From NCBI RefSeq assembly GCF_036321535.1, contig NC_087445.1, positions 78,430,001 to 78,494,000 on the forward strand: a DNA stretch of 64,000 nt, given 5' to 3'. Made by a program: the position numbers and the translations under genes. Under the pieces are notes generated by a model. It saw nothing but the letters and a program-made list of their open reading frames with translations. It had not been told where the DNA came from and ran no database searches. The stretch comes from Camelus dromedarius (Eukaryota). This document shows positions 57,861 through 64,000 of the stretch, one piece after another. Each line of letters starts with the position of its first letter. The first letter of the stretch is position 1.

Positions 57861-60800
57861 CGGCCTCGCGGGGCGAGGAGCCAGGTGGCCGTTGTGGGGT
57901 ACGCGTCTCCGCTGTAGTCCCACCCACTCTCACTCTGGCCACCCGGGAAATTCCAGGCTCTCTGCGCGGACAGAACAGGCCTGGCCCCGGGCCGAGCACG
58001 ACCCCGAGGGGACCCAACGGCGGCCTCCCCTGGGTGGGACTTTGCGGGCATCTGAGACCCCGGGGAGGAGGTAGGGGAAGAGTAGAGACCTGGGGTATCT
58101 CTCCGCGATCCCAGAGCACCGGCCCTGGAGCCCCAGCTCCCCGGGCACTCGCGGTGACGAGAGCCCCGCAGCCCGGGCCAGCGGGACCCCTTTCCACGAG
58201 GGTGGCAGCCTGGCCAGCAGCTCGGGCGTGTGGCCTCAGCCACGCGAGGCCCTCTCGCGCTAAGACGGCGCTCCGGCCGGCGCGGCTCGCCCCGAGTTTG
58301 CGCCCGAACCTGACTGGCATGAGGGGCCAGACCCTGTTTCAGCCCTGCCCTGAGGAAGAAGCTGATCTCTAGACTAGGAGGCCCAAGACTGGGGGCAGTT
58401 TGGCCGGAAGCTCCTCAGTGGGGGGGCAGTCGCGGGGATCTGGGGCCTGCCCCCTCCCCTGGGTCCCCCGTCAGCACTCACGGGACAGGTCAGGTATGGC
58501 TAGGTGAGCAGCCCCAGGTAAGGCGCCACGCTGCTCTGAAAGGGAGCTCTGACATGACTCATTTCCAAACAGTCAAGGCACTTTTTATTGACACTCTAAC
58601 ACTGCCGCCAAATTTCCTCATTAGGATTTTACAGTTTATAGCCCCGATGTGGTCTCTGGAAATTAAGGAGGAATGACTCTCAAAGCAGGAGGCCCGGGGC
58701 AGTGGAGCTGCAGCCAGTCTGGAATTCCTTCAAAGGCCAGCTGGGAATTCCCGGGGGTGGGGGGGCAGCTCTGCACCTCAGCTGGGGAGACCACCCTGCC
58801 AGGCCTTGTTTGAGGACCGGCTCCTGTGGGTGTCTGCCCCGTGTCCCCCAGGCCTCGAGACCCACGCCTGTGCCACCACCTTGCTCCGTGACCTGGAAGG
58901 GGTCAGAGCCAAACCATTGGTAAAACTGGGCAAGACCTCAGACCTGATCCTGTCTGACTCCCCTGGGGTCCTTCTGGTGGCCAGGGCTGCCTGAGTCCCA
59001 CGCTTTGATCTTCCTGAGGCCGGTGGTCCAGCCACTCTGCTCAGACCTTCCCCAGGAGCTCCCCACTATGCAGGTGGGTAAGCCCGGGGCTGAGCAGACG
59101 GAATCCCCCAGCCCAGGCCCTGTGCTGGGCCTGGCCGTGGGAGTGACCTGGGTGTCTGCTGCTGTTGGGAGCCCCTCTGCCTTGCTTATACCGTGGGGAC
59201 ATGTCCCTGGGCCTAGTAAGGGGGACTGGGATCAGGGGCTGCTGAACTCTGGCCATCCTGGGGGGGGGGGGGGGCCTGACCATCCCCACCCCCTGGCTTG
59301 CCTCCCCAGCACCAGAGACAAGGCATCCTGGGCTCTGTCCACCCAGGCCCATGTTCACCTCTGGACGAGGACCCTCAGAGTGGGGAGGTGTGACACTGTG
59401 TAGGGCCATGACCCGCTGGGCACACGCCACTCTGCTGCCCCCGCTGCTCTGGAACAGCATGGCGGGGACGGCGCTCGTTCTGAGAGCATGTCCGGGGCCG
59501 GGAGCTCCTTCTGGTCACATCTATGTTTTCTGTGTGCCTGCCGAGGCCCGGCTGTGCCCAGGGCCGTTCCCAGAAGGTGGTGGGTTTACAGACCAGCCCC
59601 GGCCCAGGTGGGCCGAGGCCCCCTGGCCTGAGGGAGAGCATCTGGAGACCCTGTGGGCCCCGGAGCAGCGCCTGGAGAAAAGTCCCATTGACACCCGTGG
59701 CCAGCATCAGGGAGGACAGACAAAGGGGCCCTGTGAGCTCAGTGTGGGAACGTGAGGCTGCCACCTCGGGCATGAAGTCCCAGCTCAGTGCCTCCGCCAG
59801 GGACAGTGTGGCCAAAATGGCCATGGAGCCTAGCCTGAGGTTGCTGCCCGCCCTACCCAGGGTTCAGAGTGTGGGTCAGACAGGTGTAGCCCAGCCTGCC
59901 ACTTGAGCCCCCCACCCCCACTGCTGATCTGTGGGGCTGGGGTGATGGCCACACTCTATGGGGAACCAGTGGGAGACCCACCACGGCCTGAGGGTGATTT
60001 GCTCAGGGTGACTCTGGTCCACACCCCATGTCCCTGGAGCTGCCCCATCAAGGACAAGACAGGGAGAGGGGCCTGTGGGGCACTGGCTCCCAGCAAGCAC
60101 TTCCTAAATATTTGTTGAAGGACATGTCCAAAAGGAGGACATTTGTTCCAAATGCCTTGCGGGGAAGGGGAGGAGCCCATGAGTGCCAGGCCCTGCCCTG
60201 GGACTCGGAGAAGCCCTTCTGTGTCTGTGGCAGTCCTTGGTGGTGGTGTCACCTCCACAAACAGGCAAGAAGTTCACTGGCTCTGAAAGAGAAGCCTCAA
60301 CCTGGGATCTGAGAGGACAGACCCAACTCTGCCCACAAGGCTGGACCTCTGCCCTGCACCTGGGAGCTGGCACAGGGGTGCCGCCCTGGAAGGGTGGGAT
60401 GGAGTCCGGAGTTGGAGAGGGCTCACTCCTCCCCCTGGGGGTGCTTTTCTGTTCGAGGCTCAGAGCAGTGGGCGGTGGGAGATGTCCTGGGACCTGGGCT
60501 GGGGAGGTCTGGGTGGCGCGGTCAGTAAGGACAGCACGGAAGGGGCGGCTGGCCGGAGCTGGGCTGAGGCCTGTGGCCACCTTAAAGCACTCAGCAGGGG
60601 AGGGAGNNNNNNNNNNNNNNNNNNNNNNNNNNNNNNNNNNNNNNNNNNNNNNNNNNNNNNNNNNNNNNNNNNNNNNNNNNNNNNNNNNNNNNNNNNNNNN
60701 NNNNNNNNNNNNNNNNNNNNNNNNNNNNNNNNNNNNNNNAGATCAAATAACAAACACTCAGCCCCGGGCCAGCGGCGGCCTGAGCAAGGAAGGACGCCCG

Positions 60801-62941
60801 GCAGGAACTGCAGCAGACAATCGCTGTGGCGGCTCCTGCCTGCCCGGCTGGCTGCTCAGGGCACGGCCTGGCACCGGGGCCACAGCCCTCCCTGTCGGCC
60901 TCGTGTCTGACCCCTAGCCCAGGAAGGGGCCTAAGGCAGGCATGGGGCGAGAAGGCGCTTCCCCGTAGCTCAGGACCCAGGGTGGGGGCTGGGGCCAGGG
61001 GTGCGGTGCCACAGAGACAGGGTGGGCTGGCAGTGAGCCTGTGAGCCCTGGAGGGACACAGCCAGTCTGGGCAGCAGAGGGGTGGGGAGGCGGGAAGGCA
61101 GGCTGGACGGTATAGCCGTGGCGTAAGGACCACACCTAGAGCGGGTCCCAGTCAGCTGTCCTCCTCTCTCTAGAGGGTCACGCAGGGCTGAAGAGCAGAG
61201 CAGGGCTGGGGCCAGACCTGCCTGGAGGGACCAGAAGGACACACAGTCCCGTCCCACGTCTCCCTGAGCCTGTGGTCCTGGCCTGTCTGTCTGTCGAAGG
61301 CCAGCCACAGCCCAGGGGCCTCGGGTCAGAGCAGTCTCAAGGCTGCAGCTGGGGCTGGCACTGCCAGCCCCTTCCTCTTAAACTTACGGTGAAAGGAGTG
61401 TGGTCGGGCTGCCTCCCCAGGACAGGATGTGGGGCCGGAGGTCCTGCTCCTGGAGGCAGCACCCCAGCCGCAAAAGGATCCCCGCTCCGTCGGCTGGGAT
61501 CTGGCTTTCCCACTCACCTTAGCACCCTTGCCTGCCCCTTGGGCTCAGCAGTGACCTCAGGGTGGCGGAAGGCCAGGGTGGCAGAGCTGGCCCCTCCCCC
61601 GTGCCTTCTCCCCTGAGCTGGCCCTCCGCGCCTCCGCGCCTCCTCTCTCCATCTGTGGAGCGACGCCCTGGTCCAGCTGGCTCTGGGGCTGCTGGGAGCT
61701 GAGTGAGTCCACACCTGGCACACAGCAGGGGCCCTGAAGGACAGGAGCCCACCCGCATGCTCTTCAGGCCTGACCCCTCACTGGGGCGGCACCCCTGGGG
61801 GGCTCAGAGGCAATGGTGTCATCCTTGGTGGGGTCAGGAACACAGGGATGGGGCAGAGGCTGGCACGGCACTGCCTGTCTCCCCTGGGCCAGCCGATACA
61901 CCCCGCCCTGGGGAGAGGTGGCACCCCCGCCCAGCCACTGGCCCCTAGGCCCCCGCCACCCCATGGCTTCCGCCTGGTTCCTCGGCAGAATCTGAGCTGG
62001 TTTCCGCTCCAGGCGGGAACAGGAAAGGGATGTGAGCCAGGGTGGGTGCGCACTCCTGGGGGAGAGCCAGGAGGAGGCCAGTGAGGGCAAGACGTGGTCT
62101 GGGCTCAGGTCCCCTGCTGGCAGGAGCCCCCCTCTGGGCACCTGCCCCGCGCTCCACCTGGCGCCAGCCCGTGGGCCCTCTGCAAGTCAGCAGTGGGTTT
62201 GAGCCTGGGTCTCCCCCTGGGTGGGAGATGCGGTGCACAAGTGTCCAAGGCTCTCCCACATGGCTGTGATCGCTGGTTTCTGTCACAAGAGGAGACCACG
62301 CAGCCCTGGCTCGGGGGCAAGGGGAAGATTGGTCACGCCCTGGCCAGCAAAGGGGCCAGGGCAGCGGACTAGGGGTTGCAGGCCTCCCCTCAGACTGTCC
62401 TCCTCCTGCACCCAGCCAGGCTGGGGCCTGTTCCTCAGGAAGGGCCCCAGAATCCGCCATCCGCGCTCCCTGCAGTTGGAGTCCCAGGAGGCCCCCAGGG
62501 CCAGCCTGGCTGGGGCCCCAGGACCTGCCGTCCTTCCTGGCCTGGAGGTCTGGCCCGTGTCTTTAGAAGGCTGGGGGGTGTGGTGTGGTGGAGAAGGGCA
62601 GCACGCACCGCCACAGAAAAGTGGGTGGACCACCCAGCCTGAGGGGGCCTGTCCACCCCTACCCCACCCTACCGGCCCGCTGAGCTCCAGCAGACTTGGG
62701 GAGACACCTCAGGCCAGCCCTCGGGCCTCTGTCCAGGCCGTTTCCTCCTGCAGGCACGCCCTTCCCACCTCTCGGCTGCCTCATGGCCGAGCACCAGGCA
62801 GTTCCTGGCTCAGGGTCCGAGCGTCCTGACCTCAGAACGTTGTGGTCGCGGACAGCTGTGAGGGACTGACAGTGCTCAGGTGTGTGCAGTGAGCGGTGGA
62901 CGGAGGACGGCCACAGCTACAGCCTGCGCAGCTGTTCCGCT

Positions 62942-62947
62942 TTTATT
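62942..62947 (-). terminator. EXD3 AATAAA poly(A) signal
   Basis: TTTATT 57 nt past the EXD3 stop. Confidence 0.8.
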
Positions 62948-63003
62948 GTTGCCGCGGCCCAGGGTGGTGCCGGCCCTGGGTCCTGGGGTCCAGTCCTCAG
63001 CCC

Positions 63004-63317
63004 TCAGTCGGAGCTGCCAGCTGGGCCGGGAGCTTGGCCTGGCTCGCGGGAGCCGGGGGCACCTTCCAGGACCTCTTGGAAGTGCGCGGCGACTCGGCCC
63101 AGGTGGGAGCCCTCCCAGAAGACTTTGCCGCAGCCGGTGCAGCAGTAGAAGTGCCGCAGCGCCCGCCGCTGCAGCACGCCCGCCGGCACCCCTGCCAACT
63201 GCAGCCGCGTGCCGTTGCCCAGCGTGGCTGGGGCGCGGCTCCGCAGGTCCGCCTCCTCCAGCCAGCGGCACGGCGGGTCGTAGGTGCCGCACCCGGGGGC
63301 CTCCTCTGGGGCTGAGC
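63004..63317 (-). CDS. EXD3: EXD3 (Mut-7 homologue) last coding exon; upstream exons lie outside the window
   Basis: Acceptor ccggtccag|GC, then ...YDPPCRWLEEADL...GTRLQLAGVP...FYCCTGCGKVFWEGSHLGRV...SSD*, the Mut7-C zinc-ribbon CxxCxKxFWxGSH motif. Confidence 0.92.
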
Positions 63318-64000
63318 CTGGACCGGTGGAAGCAGGCGCCCTGAGTCCCTACCCTACTCTCCAGGGTCTCCTCCCTGAGTTTCCCTGACCACTCAGCCCC
63401 CTGCCTCGTCCTGCCCAGGGGCCTCTGGTTCACCGGTTACTGACTCCTCTCTCTTCTAAGCCTTCCCTGGCACTGCCTCCCACCATCCCACCTAGGGCCC
63501 AGGGACCAACCCTTCAGCGTGGTCCCCTCCGTCCCATCTTGCATTGGGCCAGGTGCCAGGGCCCCGTGTGTCCTTGGTGGGTGGTCCCAGGGCTCACCTG
63601 TCTCCCGTTCATCCTCATTTTGGGTGGTCTTGTCGCCTGTCAATCAAGGACGTCAGGGTCTGTCCTAAGGATCGGCTGGCAGCCCCAGCGCCCACAGGGT
63701 AACTTGAAGTATCCAGCCTCTCCCACACCCCCAGCAGAGAGGGCAAAGGGCAGGGGGCCAAGAAGCTTTGGTGCCAGTCCAGTCCGCTCCCATGGGAACT
63801 CACACCTTGGGACATTCTTGGGGCTCAAAGGTCCTTGGGAAACATGTTCTGGGCACAAGATCTGCCGATGAGGGCACTTGGGGGCCTGAAAACTAGCAGG
63901 CAGGGCAAGGCGTGGGCGGCCCATCCGTGGCGATGAGCAGATAAGCCCACTGCCAAGGAGCCTGTTTTGCAACCACCAGCAGCCGGGCTGGCAGGCAGGG

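Noticed and set aside
56545-58320. 591-aa and 386-aa ORFs across NRARP
   Set aside because: Inflated by N translated as X and by CpG-island composition.

Overview
Mammalian genomic DNA, not prokaryotic. It has a GC-rich, gene-dense block syntenic to human 9q34.3. Repeated tRNA-Ala-derived SINEs resemble the camelid Vic-1 family, so the source is probably a camelid. Gene order: TUBB4B (+, 4 exons), CIMIP2A/FAM166A (-, 7 exons, 320 aa), STPG3 (+, 6 exons, about 298 aa), NELFB (+, 13 exons, non-AUG N-terminus), TOR4A (+, one coding exon, 416 aa), a roughly 16-kb AT-rich block of nested L1/LTR/SINE insertions, an orphan CpG island, NRARP (-, CDS mostly inside an N gap) and the last exon of EXD3 (-). 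Exon boundaries were read by hand from GT/AG sites and checked for phase. Comparisons with human proteins are from memory, not database searches. Highlights: (1) a local axonemal microtubule module, with the TUBB4B and CIMIP2A 3' ends overlapping antisense and a perfect RFX X-box between the divergent CIMIP2A and STPG3; (2) the CUG start known for human NELFB appears here as CAG, with an in-frame pure (GCG)18 upstream; (3) a perfect Sox-Oct composite fused to the NRARP TATA box; (4) no canonical poly(A) signal after STPG3, plus two unexplained ORFs before NELFB; (5) a solo LTR with a six-CCAAT array and an octamer; (6) an unclassified 1.3-kb insert. No CRISPR, rRNA or bona fide tRNA genes.
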